This document shows positions 11,251 to 24,486 of a stretch of 64,000 bases of DNA, one piece after another (position 1 is the stretch's first letter; each line of letters opens with the position of its first letter). The position numbers and the translations under genes were made by a program. Source of the stretch: Haliotis cracherodii (Eukaryota). Below the pieces are notes generated by a model that was not told the origin of the DNA, did no database searches, and saw only the letters and a list, made by a program, of their open reading frames with translations. Location of the stretch: positions 58,094,001 to 58,158,000 of the forward strand of contig NW_027266275.1 of NCBI RefSeq assembly GCF_022045235.1, in the 5' to 3' direction.

Positions 11251-13874
11251 TTGAAAGTTAATGAGGGAGATGGTCTTTGCAATTAGGGATAGAAGACAAA
11301 CATCCTTTTACATTAATATGTAATTTCTGTTAGAACAGAATATAATACATTGATTGGCAGGGCTGTTTTTGTGAAAACAAACAATATTTTCACTTCAGAG
11401 AATGTTAAATGTGAATACCATATTGCTATTTTCATGAATGGTCAGAACAAATGGTCAGTTTATTATGTATTTTCTTACTCATTTAACTCTGCAAACCATA
11501 GTGTTATTTAAGCAGTCTGAAAGTTGTTTGGACATAAAGTCTTAATCATGCTCACTAAATGATAATATCGATTTCATGTTTTCAGATAAATAAACTGTTT
11601 GGAAATCAGTGTTTGAAATTAAGCGTGCAAGTATTTGTCAAAACCATGATAACACTAATGCTAAAAGTTCAGATTTAGACGTTCCTAGATTAGACAACTG
11701 AAGACCCCAACCCCTTTTATTTCGAACACAGGAAATAAATCTTGATCTAATTTACAATAATGACTTCTTTAATTACTAATCATAGCATGTGTATTATTTT
11801 TCATTCTACATTCACATAATACAGGGTTTCTTAAGTGAAGTATTAATGCCCTTAAAGCAAATTTTTGTGAAGATAGAAGCCTTTGAGCTTGTTGCTACAC
11901 ATCTAATGTACAATGTCCAGATAATAACCACACTAAAACCATGTGTGACCTGTTTATCTTGCTATTGTATGGGCGACCTCACTAAGTGCAGATATTGTCT
12001 GTATTATATATATGATAGAGAATGGTTTGACTCATACTGTTATAGATATGTACTCAAGTACATTTATTTTATATATCATGTTATCATGGTTACTCAGATG
12101 TTGATTATCATGTTGGCTACTGATGATACATCAATGGCAATGGATTGGGCAGCCTTGACCATGTTGATGATCTGGCCTATCCTTTAGACCCTAGTTTTAC
12201 AACACTTTTAGAAATATTCTAGCCAAATGAAGATGGAGCACATTAAGGACTTCACACATTGTACATGAGTAGGAAAGAAATAATATTCCAGCAGGAGTGA
12301 CTAGTTCATGGATGACAACATGACAAATACTTATGGATACAAACCAAGTTTGTATTTCATGTACATATACCATGTATACAGTAAGGTCAACGTTTAGACA
12401 TATGTACCTATACAATAAAATGTGTCAGGAATGTTAGGGTTTTATGCTGCTGAGATTATCACACATGTGACTGTCAGATTCTATGTCTGGTCTAATACAC
12501 GTGATCACGAAGATGAATTTGTGACTGTCAGTAATCATGGTAACAGAAGTCATCTGACATAAATGTAGTTATGATATCATATTTCTGCATAAACTCCAAA
12601 GAAATTGTCATAAACATTTGGATTAAGGTGGGGCAGTATCAAAAGCATTTCTATCAGGATAGAATGGATATGTTTCACATGCTTATTATACTGATACTTG
12701 GACATGATGGAGAACTGGTCAAATAAATATTTATCATAATGGGGCCATCATTCTTAAAAAAAAACTTGTCCTCAGGACTGATAAATGAAGTACCATAGTA
12801 CTCCGCTAACTTCAATAACTAGACACTGGTTATCAGGGGGCAAATGTGACACACTAACCTTGTCTTAGAGTCCAGGACATAACCTTTCATAGATGAAGAT
12901 TTGCCCTGTTGGTCAGGTCATGATAAATGAAAGTGTTAAAACTAAAATTTTATTCACACGCTACACTTCCTGTTGAGTCATAATGCCCCCAGCAATGACA
13001 ATAATTTCCAACTAGTTCAAGGTCAGAACAATAACAAATCACCTGAAACCAGCCTCGAAAACTTAGGAAAGAGCAATCAATATTCAAATGGTCATGTAAT
13101 GTGCCATTTAATAAATGTTGTATCCAGAAACAAACAATCAAGCTGATGATGATCTGAAGATTACACTGATACATTGTCATGTGAAGTACAAGCAATCAAA
13201 CAGCAATGAACAGTGATACTACATAACATATGTTGTAAGTAGACACTAACAAGTAGCTTGTGATTGACTGTCATAATAAATATAGACACATGTAACCATG
13301 GTAACACAACATGGAAAACAACGGACATATATAATCCATTATATAACTTTGTGGTAACTCTAACCTGCTATCCCTAAAATGAAGGTACAAACTGCACATG
13401 ACGCATGATGACTCTTGTGCCTGTGACACATAATGTGTGTATGAAAGATTATAAGGCCTTTTGGGCTTGTCAAGTGCAGTTTCGACATCAGGGCACTTTG
13501 ATATTTCTATAGAATATGAACATGGTTAGTGTCATGCAAAAAAGCTTGTCAAAATTTTTCTATTTTATTATGTAAGTTATTTTAGACCAAAGTTTGGTCA
13601 CCAAACCCAAAGAACAAACACTTTGGGGGCCTCGCTTCAAACATGTCAAATCAGCGTTAGAAATTGTCACTAGTCCTGTAGTCCTTACCAAACTGCCCAA
13701 TAGTGAAGGTATCCTAAGGACTAGTAGAAATTGGCCCATTTTAAGGGTTTTGCTATATGTTATCATTATAAGGACTAGTGGACAAAAACTGTTAGTTTCT
13801 AACCCTGCAAATGTAGGCCATAATAACAATCAAATAAGTTTTGGCATGGATGTGATCTATGCATGTTATAATAA

Positions 13875-13922
13875 ACCAGAAATGGGCTTCACACATTGTT
13901 CTCATGTAGGGATTCAAACTGA
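13875..13922 (-). mobile_element. tRNA-derived SINE family A fragment
   Basis: Reverse complement CAATGTGTGAAGCCCATTTCTGGT is identical to the family A body. Confidence 0.7.
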
Positions 13923-14099
13923 ATACAATAATACAATTGTATGCCTTTGTCAGGTTTATAGTATCAATCACCCCTCTCTTCATATACATTATATTTAATC
14001 AGAGCTTTGGATTCCTGTGATCAAATCCAGGTCTCACTCAGCATTGCTCAGCTTATATGCTATTGGGAAATGTTTTGAACTACTAGTATAGCATAAAGT

Positions 14100-14460
14100 G
14101 GTGTCATGTGTTTCTGTGTACAGCACACGTGTTACAATCAGGAGAAGTTAAGTCATGTTGGTCGCGGAGAGTAGGTGGATGGGTGACTGTGTTCATCAAG
14201 CTTGACTACTGAGAGTTTTTTGGGCTTTGCACTGTTCAAAATATGCCTTTGTCAACCCAGCAAAGAATGGGCATAGGATGAGAAGGTAATGTAACCGTTA
14301 ACCGTCTAGCGCTCCACAGGCGGCTCGGGTTTCATATTTCCTAGGGAGCTGAGACTGAAATTCAGGTATACACTTATCCATTGACTAGGGTAATAATATT
14401 ACCTAGCCCCACTGAGCAGCTGTCTAAGTTGTAAGTAAGACACTTCATAATGCACTATCC
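14100..14460 (+). mobile_element. Degenerate 5S rRNA-derived SINE (SINE3-like)
   Basis: GAAGTTAAG..GG..AGTA..TGGATGGGTGAC at 14144-14188 follows the 5S internal control region; followed by a CORE-like segment (CAACCCAGCAAAGAATGGG); boundaries approximate. Confidence 0.55.
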
Positions 14461-16585
14461 TATGTAACTAAACAAAATATAAGCAACATGAATAAGATTG
14501 TTGAAGGATTTTCCAACATAAACTGTGACATCCATACATGTACAATGTGAGCAGCCACCCATGATTATTACACGCAACTTAAATTGAAAACTTCAACATT
14601 GTACATTTGTAATTAATGAATATGATAAATAAAAATGAAAATTAGAAAGATTGGGATTGATAATTGGCAGTGACAAATAGGCTGTTTGTGTTACCACTGT
14701 CATTAGTCGGGAGCCCAAACCATGTAACTATATAAACTTGATCATCGAGTTGATAAATATATTCATCAATAATCATGATTATGAATAAGAAATGAGACAT
14801 CACATGAACATGATGAATCACAAACCAAATTTTATTTTATTAAGCATTTGTTAACATGGTTAAGGTAGACTTATTAGTTGAGCTCTAAATACAGGCACAT
14901 GTATGAATGTGAACACTGTGTGAACCTGGCCTACATTTAGAACACAGTACCACAAACTTTTCAAACATGTCACAAAAACCCTTAGTCACTATGATGTTAT
15001 TTGTGAAATTATGTGGCCAGATACGTACCCCTTCTAATGCAATTTCAAACATTGGAGCAGAAGACATGAAGCATACAAATATATACACTTGTCTGGGTAT
15101 TCTTGTTTCTTATTGTTTGCACATTTACAGTTGCCTTTATTCTTCTTACAAAAATGATGAGTTAGCAGGATAAAGTAGTTATGTCAAATTGTTTGGGATA
15201 GAGTCAACTGTCATGGAATTTCCATCCAAACCATGTTCACTCACTACACTTCATCAGTAATGATTCAAAATCAGACTCACTCTTGTGGCGTCATTAGCCA
15301 TGCCTATGCCTTTCCAGTTCCTTATTATGATCCATGTAATCCTTAGAGTGTTTCCTCCCACACTTTTCTGTGTCCAAATCACCCAACAATATTATTAAAA
15401 CCTGTCATTGGAACCGTTCGTGCCATATCAGCTCATCCCTCACCACTCGGTTTCTTGTCGATTATGGAATGGGACGAGTGTGCCAAATGGCATCAGGATC
15501 ACTCGTGAGTGTCCGCAGACTAAAGTCATGAGACACCATGCCTATCCGTAACCTCAAAAGTGTCCATAACCTATTCTACCCTTTCTGTTCAGTTCTGTAA
15601 TGTCTCAGGAATGACTAGGAAAATTCGCACTAAGTTTAACAATGTGGACACAGCTCAGTCTGGCTAACAATCCGAAGGTTGCTAGTCTTGGGGACATGTG
15701 ACCTTCAGCAGAGATCTCCTCACAAGAAGTTGTGGTAGAGTACTCTAAAGGTGCTCAGCGAACCTTTTTACATGTTGAAAAAGATATAATTTTGCGTTAG
15801 TTGGTTTGCTTTCAAATTCTTCTCTTGGGATAATACCCAATTGTCGGTCCAATTCCAAAAGTAATTTTAAAAAAAATATTTTAGTTTTTTTCATGTTGGT
15901 TGATTTTGTGAACCAAGTAATAAAAGTTGACCTGCAAAGGCCTAAAAGCACTGTAGCTACAGGTCAGTCCTTCCACTGTTATGACCGAACATGTCAGTTG
16001 CCCTGAATTGTCACACAAAGCATTAAGGACATGACCCCAAACTCTATATCCATGAATGAACATGTTATCTTGTGTCATCAAGCATACAAGTTCATCATGT
16101 TTATTCAGCTAACTCAACACTCTCAAATAATTGCAAGACCATGAACTCACCATAATTCATTGTAGGTGGTATAAAAAAATCTATCTGATCAAGATATATC
16201 AACTGATAAACTGAATTTTGGGTGAATGAATGAAATCGTCCCATGTGTCATAAACCATTTTATTACTTGCCCGTGAAGAGATCACCCGTTTAATAAACAT
16301 ACAGCTTTATTACACATTGTGTAATACCAAAACGCGTGCTTATGTACTCTCGGAACACGTTTCACGAACAAATATTGAAAGCTCTCAACATCCCCTGGCG
16401 TATTCAACGACATTGTATGTGGAGATGATAGATCACTGGGAGGAGCTTATGCACACTCGATGACCCCAGCAACCTTGTTGCTAGGCTGACGTCACATGGC
16501 ATTGTTTCGCCGATGGATCGTGCAACAAAATTCCACAAATTACGTCATCGGGTATTGTGACGTCAATGTAAACTTTGAGGTGCAA

Positions 16586-16698
16586 GGCCCCGTTCCACAA
16601 GGCGATCGTGCGGTAGCGCAACGACAGTCGTTGGTCTAAGTTAAATTATGTGAGTTGTGATAGCCTTAGCGCTACGATACGTTTGTGGGACGAACGCC
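16586..16698. mobile_element. Small MITE with imperfect TIRs
   Basis: GGCCCCGTTCCACAAGGCGATCGT ... ACGATACGTTTGTGGGACGAACGCC; related end at about 34570. Confidence 0.5.
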
Positions 16699-16877
16699 TG
16701 AATCCTAAAGGTGGACCATTGTATGATATTAAATTCATACGTTTCAACTTTTGACGTGTTTAAAGTATTATTCTGTTAAACTCAATTGGATTATGCCATT
16801 AGTATCGTGTAGGTGTCAGCCTATTTACACTCAACAGTATAATTCTAAAAACATTATAAATGACAAGTAATAAATAA

Positions 16878-17019
16878 AATACTAAACTCGCTCTCGTGTA
16901 AAACCAATTTTATGAAACTCGTGAATAGTTGTGGTATCTGACTCGCTTTCGCTCGTCAGATACCAGAACTATTCACTCGTTTCATAAAATTGGTATTACA
17001 CGGGAGCGCGTTTAGTATT
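16878..17019. repeat. Long near-perfect inverted repeat (65-bp arms, 12-nt loop)
   Basis: Arms AATACTAAAC...GGTATCTGAC and their reverse complement, 6 mismatches. Confidence 0.9.
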
Positions 17020-17559
17020 CTATATGTCCTTTGGTCCTTTGTGGGTGGCCTGCAGAACAGGTAACAAATACAAAGATTTCATTTGATGGTTCTCTATATG
17101 TTTGATCTGTGTCATATCAACGTCATATGAACAAAATATGGCTTCGAACAATGCAGCATTCATAATGGGTGAGCATGATGTCATCATGTCTTGCGGCAAT
17201 GGTGCTTGCTTTAACCTTTGAACCTTTTGTACAAATGCGAACTAATGTCTGTGGAAGTGTATATTTTATTTACAGACACGAATTTCGGCTATCGTTCAAG
17301 TATACTTAAGCAATTAATGATATAAAAATAACTGAATAAACAAAGGTGCCTGAAAAACCATCCAACCATGATTAAATAGCCTACTGGTAAATGAAAACAT
17401 CAGCTGATCTGTCGACGCCAAGAGCAGACGAAATAACGCATATCCACGGTACAATCGACATATCTTTGAAAATACTGTTTCCAGAACTGACCACATAAGT
17501 GACCATTATTTCTTCTGTATGTGACTGTCAGTTATCGATACGCATTGTGAAATAAGTCG

Positions 17560-17810
17560 TAGTTATAAATCATTTTTCGATCAAACTCACCACCACTGTT
17601 TTCACGATTTCTGCCATGTTATTCTACTGATCTCGCAAGTTCTCGTCCGATTTTCATATAGCATGAAAAGGTCACATGACCGATAGCGGGATTTTGCGTT
17701 ACGACAGCATGGCGGAAGTCGACCGATGTATAAGGATGTAATTCCTTGTTCTTCCATCAAATTATTCCTCCAACATTCTCTCTATCAGTGAACTAATTAA
17801 AGGTAACTGA
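17560..17810. promoter_or_regulatory. Putative bidirectional promoter and first exons
   Basis: Locally CpG-rich; E-box-like GGTCACATGACC (17670-17681); TCTCGCAAG; divergent ATGGC (YY1-like) motifs at 17617(-) and 17709(+); splice donors GTGAGT(-) at 17590 and GTAACT(+) at 17803. Confidence 0.55.
17591..17617 (-). CDS. Possible first exon (MAEIVKTVV) of an unidentified minus-strand gene
   Basis: AACATGG start context followed after 27 nt by consensus donor GTGAGT; downstream exons not identified with confidence. Confidence 0.35.
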
Positions 17811-19135
17811 TTATTAATAGCTTCTGTTCGATTATGTTAACCCATATTTCAGCTAATGGGGCTATGGATACGACGATAAGACTCGAAAGTAGAGAGTCCC
17901 TGCGGGGAAAGTTTATTTTTGATGTTTTACACCCAGCACTTTCCGTATTATTCCGCCCGCTGTCAAATTTCATGAAGCCAAACATGTGTCTCTGGTCACG
18001 TTTTGATATGTTTTCTATACTAGGTTCAGTATAGACTCAGTTTTAAGCGGACAATATACATCTTCATATCATATTTACAGCTGACTCGAGTGTCCACCCC
18101 CAAGAAGCCCAACAAAATGGAACTGCCCCTTTATTTATATTTTCGCCCCAGAGATAAAACTTACGTTTTGCTAACGTGTTTATGTGAGTGGTTGTTTCTT
18201 GTTAAATGTTAATGATCTATGAGTTCATCGTGGATAATGAATTTGACCTATTCCACATTACTGATGCACCTTTTTATACGCCCGGAAACTGTTTAGTATC
18301 TTTTTTAATTTGTTTACGAACAGTGCATACAAACTAGATCATTTCATTGTTTGATATGACACCTGTGGAGGGCATAAATACTGAGTTAACTTTGGATTGA
18401 TTCTTGGAAAGGACAGCTTTAGATTGTTTATCAAGACAGAAATCATATTCTTAGCTGGTACAAAATCTTTAGGATTATGAACAGTCATTCAGAAGTATTA
18501 TGAGCATAGTGATTTTAACCTGTTTAGTTAATTATAATAGTGTTTGAAAATAAAAATGAAACTAAGTGCTCCTTGTCAAAACTCCAGTGTTGAGACTTTT
18601 GGCGTCCCAAGTCTAAAATAATAATTAAATCAAATGAGAAAGTCCTAGAGTCGCTTTAACTTCCGGCAGTTTGTAACACCCAGGATGTGTCATATATTGA
18701 TTGCTTTGATTAATTTTGTAAACAGCCTACCATATTTTCATATAATTTGTAACTGTTTGTCAATAATATATTATTACATTTGAAACATACCACAGCATGA
18801 GGATGTGGAATAGCAGTGACTCATGACTACTATAACCATGATAACGATGAACTTGCTCTTTTCCCCTTTTCTTTTGCTGTTAATGTAATTCAAAAGGTTT
18901 CTAAAAGTTGTAATAACATCAGTTACCAGTACAATGTGCTACTGGTTAGCATACTAATTACACTAGATTTCGATGAGTGGTTAACAAGTGGTATATGAGT
19001 ATAAACCACTGCTGCTAAAACCATCATAACTCTTATTTTTTTCTGTTTCAGATGGGAGATAACTTTTGCAAGAGGAGTTTGGAGTAATGGCGACTATCTC
19101 TGTGGTTTGTTGGTAGGCCTTTGCTGGCCCCCAAA

Positions 19136-20577
19136 ATGGCAAGCAGGACAACCCAGAGTCCCTCACGCATTCCAATCCCTGTTCGAAGCCCTCCGCCTCC
19201 TATGAATGGGCGATTGGCAGCTAGAGAACAGAGGGAAGCCAACAAACTGAAGGAAAAAGACAGTCTCACTTTGACCGTTCATGAAAACGGTATTATTGAG
19301 GAGGTGTCTCCTCAGGCTATTTCTCCACAGAACAGGAAGGGAAAAGGCTTTGAAACATTTCTCATGACAGGAGACATGATAATCAAAACTACTCCTCCAC
19401 ATCAGCCGAAATCAAGGCAAGATGGCAGCAAGTCTGTCACCCCAAAGAGTGGCGGGGAGGATTTGAGTTACAGTGATGTGGATGGAAGTATACGCAGTGA
19501 CCAGTCCAGCCTGGTCTATTCCCCTCACCTCAATCTGTCTGGGGTACAGCAGACTGTGAAAAATACACCGTCTCCAGCCTTTCCTCTTGAGCTTCCAAGG
19601 GCACCTGTTGCTACTGTCGAAGACCTTAGTGATATGTCTCAGTCCTCAGGGAGCGAATCACTCATAGCCTCTCTCAATGAAAAAATGCAGCTTTCACAAG
19701 GAGAAAAAGTGTCTCCTGTTACTGAGGACAGTTCCCAAGAGGCTGTGAGGTCACCAGTTGAGGTGATAATTGTCAATGGTGACCGTGGCTCAGACAAAAG
19801 TTTACAGGATGTACCAAGTTCCGGTGATAGCGGTGTGCACCCTGACATCCACAGTTCTGACTCGGATGTAGGAGAGAAGTCCTCTTCTCTCCCGGAAGTG
19901 CCAAATTCAGAAGATGCCATCAATAGGGTCATGGTCACCAGTAAAAGTGCAGAGAAAATTACAAGTCAGTCAAAACAAGCCCAACCACAGCAGTTAGTAA
20001 GAACCAGTAAAAGCCATGAGAATTACTTAGAGTCTGGAAATGCAATGCAGCTTGTGACTATAGACATTGATGACAACATGGCCTATTCCTTGGACCAGCT
20101 TGCTTACTGCAATGACAGTTCCACTGCCTCCCTTGATAATGTTAGTGAGCCTGCTTCACGGAGTTTACACAACTCTCCGGAAAGGAAGCCGACAGAAAAG
20201 ACTTCTGAGCGAGTGTTCATGCCTGCATTCATAAGTCTTGATGATCCAAAACCGCTAAAAGCCAAAGTGAAAGATAAACTGAAAGATGATGATGATTCAC
20301 CTAATGGTTATGGTGAAAGAGTTGCTGTAAATAATAGTGCTTTGGAAACCAGTAGATCGGGATCAACCCTGTCAACTCACTATACATCCAGGGATGAGTT
20401 TGGTGAAGTACAAGACATCAACCATATAGACCTGGAGTTGGAATTCTCAGATGCAGAGAGTCTTTACCATCAGCCAATGAAGGGAGTGGATAGACCATCT
20501 GCTTCCAGACTGGCTAAAAGATTGTTTATGCTTGATGGTTTTCGTAAGAGTGATGTATCAAGGCATTTATCAAAAAA
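19136..20577 (+). CDS. PSD: PH and SEC7 domain-containing protein (EFA6), coding exon 1: disordered N-terminus with SxIP and MTED-like motif, start of Sec7
   Basis: Acceptor TTTCAG at 19051; AAAATGG start after in-frame stop at 19085; ASRLAKRLFMLDGFRKSDVSRHLSK; donor GTAAGT, phase 2. Confidence 0.9.
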
Positions 20578-21452
20578 GTAAGTATTTTCTGTACTCATTA
20601 CTTAGGTAAATGTCACTTTGTGATGTGAATCTTGAATTTAGTGGGGTTTTTTTTCAGATAATGCTAGTTCTAACATATACAATAAAATATGAAAATTATA
20701 AATAATTATTTGAGCAACTGACTATTTGATCGGTTTGTTGGCAATGGTGGATTGGAATTGGGAATTGCCTCTAATTTGTCTAAAATAAACCGCAGTGTTT
20801 GTGTTTGTTTGAACTTGTTAGTGTGAGTCTGTTGATGTTATGCCACATTAAAAAGTCTTTGTTTTTGGCAACCTGCTCAACCCTGCAGTATAGCAACAAA
20901 AAAAGTCATTTCCTTAATACACACCCACATCAGAATGTCTCTCCAACCCAGACAAGAATAAAAAAAACCTTATTAAATGTTGAGGATGAAAAAAATAATC
21001 AGGATCAAGCTACCAAACTTCATATTCCTGGTTTATATTGCCTGAAATAGATAGTATAGCTTTAGGTAACCCTTGACATCCAGTTTCATGTTTGAATTCA
21101 CAAACTATATCAACCTGACAATGATAATATTAATAATATTGATTAGGGGCATTAAATAGTGCAAGAATTAACTGACAGTATCAATAAGTCAGTACAAAAC
21201 AATATATCGCAATAAGCCAATTGATTTAACATTGTCTGATTAAAACTTCCTACAAAGTACACAAATTTGGGCTAGTAAAGTCAATAAGTTTAGGTTACCT
21301 GTTTCTAACCACAAAGCTTTTGACAATATTGGGGATCTTGCCATGTGTAAATTACTGATTATGCCTGTAATGTTTTGGTGGGTCTTCAATATGCTTCCTG
21401 TTCAGTTCTGATAATAGGAGTGACTGAGTGTAAACATTTCATGGATGACAAA

Positions 21453-22266
21453 CACTCTGCAAAAAAAGAAAGGCAAAAGTGATTTTACATGTATATTTTA
21501 TATATCATATGAATAATCGAATAGAGTCCAAAACTGTCTGGCATCATCGTCCCGTGGAAGCAATCAGATCCCAAATTGTGGCCTGAGGAATGTTCTCCCT
21601 CCCTGCCCGCAGTGCTTGTGCCAACTTTCGGATATTCTGTGGTTGTTGCTGACATGCTCACAGTCGTTGATCCAGTGAATCACATAAATGTTTGATTGGG
21701 TTTAAATCTGGAGATCTGGAGAGCCATTGCAGGACCTGGTTGTTGTGATTCCTGAAAAAGTCTGTTTTAAGTCTTGCTATGTGAGGTTGGGAGTTGTCTT
21801 GTTTGAAAATGACGTTCGCTTACTGCATAATGGGAAGGATGTGTTGCCGAAAAATCTCATCCGTGTAACATTGTGCCATTTAATTCCCCAGAACTTGTAC
21901 CAAGTCTGTTCTATCAGTGTAGGAGATGGCTGCCCACATCATCACACTACCACAACCAAATCTGTCCGCTTCCCTCATGCAGTTTCATGTGTAACGTTCC
22001 CCCTCTATGCCTGTAAACATTCTCACGGCAAAGCATGAACTGTGACTCATGACGAAAGCAATCTTGTCTCCTTTGCAATCTATCATTTATTTCTATCTTT
22101 TTGCCAAATGTCTGCAGTACTTCATTCTTTCCACACAAATCAATCCCTATCCATGCAGAATTGACCAATTCAATTTTGGTATTTAGTTTGTATGGATGTC
22201 GGCAACACTCTGTCAGATATTAATGATTTTACTACTTTTGTGTTTCTTTATTTTTTTTGCAGAGTA
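21453..22266 (-). mobile_element. Internally deleted Tc1/mariner fossil in PSD intron
   Basis: TIR CACTCTGCAAAAAAAG / TTTTTTTTGCAGAGT; minus strand encodes WLSRSPDLNPIKHL (Tc1 WPxxSPDLNPIE motif). Confidence 0.85.
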
Positions 22267-22531
22267 CATATTGTATTGTGACCTAACCATGCTTGCTATT
22301 CAGGTACATATCATCAGTATCATAATCATGATAATATCATGACATGAAGCAGGGATGGAAATTCACTCAAAAACCAAACAAGCCCAGCCAAAGGTTACTA
22401 GCCCTTATAAAATAAGAAGACTTTCAAATTTCAATCTTTAGTGTGCCATAAACACATTCAAATATTAAGACTCAGTCAGATTGTATAGATTGGGAGAACT
22501 CGGAAATGACAGACCATTTGAGGATAGTTCA

Positions 22532-22640
22532 CCCTTTTTGGGTTTGAAAAAAACGAGGGATATAAAGGTCAGCATGTCCGTCTGTCCATCTGTCAGCCTT
22601 ATGTTTCCAGAGCAAAACTCCTTAACTGTTGAATAAAGAG
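22532..22640 (+). mobile_element. Helentron-associated (HINE/DINE-like) fragment
   Basis: Short hairpin followed by GTCCGTCTGTCCATCTGTC microsatellite and TTTCCAGAGCAAAACTC. Confidence 0.4.
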
Positions 22641-23659
22641 ATAGCTGTCTGTCCACTTTCCCGTGGCTGGGAACCTTTCTGTGGGAATAGGTGACATTTT
22701 TTCCTTCCTGCCTGGCTGTCTCGTAAAAACCTTCATTACCAGTCCCACACTGACAATTTTAAATTAGATTTAGACATTGACATGTGACTCACTTTCCTGA
22801 GACCAGGATCTACTGTGATTATAAAGCAGTAAATGTTTATGGCACAGAGCCAATATAATCTGAAGAAAATGATTATCTACAATATTTAATATTTATACGT
22901 ATTTACAAATGGGAGCCTGCAACTTTCTGTACAGACACATGTATAAGTCATTAGTCTGCTTGACTTGTTGGGAGTAAAAAGTATTTCGGACACCGTATAC
23001 ATGTAACTTCCAAACATTGTTACTTGTAAGGGTCAATCTTAACAGATTCAGTCAGTAAGTCCGTGGTGTAATATTTACAGTTGGGACTGTGGTATTTCAA
23101 ATTTATTACAAGCTCAGTGACCTATCACTATCAGTCAAGATCCATTCTTTGATATTTTCACAATTATTTGTATTGCATGACAGGTGCTACTTTATCAGTT
23201 ATTATAATTATGAGTTATGAACAGATATTGAACATGTTGACATATTCATATGTATGAATTGCCTTTCTTGTTGTTTTTTCTGTGTGTTCAAATAATAACC
23301 TGATAATGAAAACTTGATGGGTACATTGCTAGTTACACATTTTATATTTTTAAGTCTTCAGTAGCTTTTATCATGTTTTATTATCATTATCGAACAATCA
23401 GAGGATAGTGGTTGATATAACAGTACATGTGAAATATGTGTGGCTACAATGTATGACATGTTTGCAGTATACATGGTATGTATTGTTTCAAATAAATATG
23501 GTAGTAACTTGCAAAGCCAATACATGATAATGATACTAATCATGCTAGATGTACTGTCGCCATTACTATGATTACATTGAATTCATACTTTTCTTGTCCC
23601 AAAATCAATGAACAGGAAATTTTATCATTACTGCTTATAGAATGTATGTAAAGAATATA

Positions 23660-24120
23660 CCATATTTGTTGTAATAAGCGCCTCTGGATATCAGAAAATT
23701 GACAAATGGCGGCCACTTATTTAAACGATACACAAGGAGATATATCTGTTTTCAGAGATTTAGTGGAAGTGAACAAACTGAGTTTCTGTTGGACTAACTT
23801 CTAGTTTCTGAAATTAACATATTTTACAGGGGAAAAAAGTTGCTAAATTATATTGAGAAATATAAAGAGCCTAGGAGATGACTCTCTTCATTTTAGGAAA
23901 CTACAGTAATCGAGACTTGCCCACTATTATAGACTTGCATGGGCTGTATTGGACATGTTGGATATATTTGTTTCAGGGTCTATAACAGGCTAGTTTTCTG
24001 TAAGAAATCTCTAATGTACACAAGAAAATTTGGACTCATTTAAATGAGCAGTCTTTGTAGCAGGTACTTGCACATTGGTCTAGAAGTTTGTCGGGGGGTT
24101 TGCTTATTAAGTTAATACGG
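23660..24120. mobile_element. Degenerate MITE related to the CCGTATT family
   Basis: TA-CCATATTTGTTGTAATAAGCG ... GCTTATTAAGTTAATACGG. Confidence 0.5.
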
Positions 24121-24486
24121 TGAATATACTACATATTATTACATGTATTGTCCAAACAGAATTGCAACCATCATTTGCATTAAGTTTACCTCACAAAAAT
24201 TCAGATTTGATCCGATTAGCAGATTGCTAAGCCCTTATTATTTCACGGTTGATTGGTTCAGTGCTAATGTTGATTGATTTGTAAGCATGGAGCATGTGTC
24301 ATGCACATGGAGCTTGCTGTGTATGGAACCTGTTGGCTGTGTGTTTGATGGTGGAACACCTGTGGCAGCATGTTTATGTTAAAACTATTGCCTTGTAGTT
24401 GTAGACAGAAATTACTATATGTCTATGTTGTATATATGATATACACATGGACATAAATAATATAGTAGTACTTCTTCTCTACAGTG

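Noticed and set aside
14144-14188. Functional 5S rRNA gene
   Set aside because: Only the control region is similar, with many substitutions and no 5S termini
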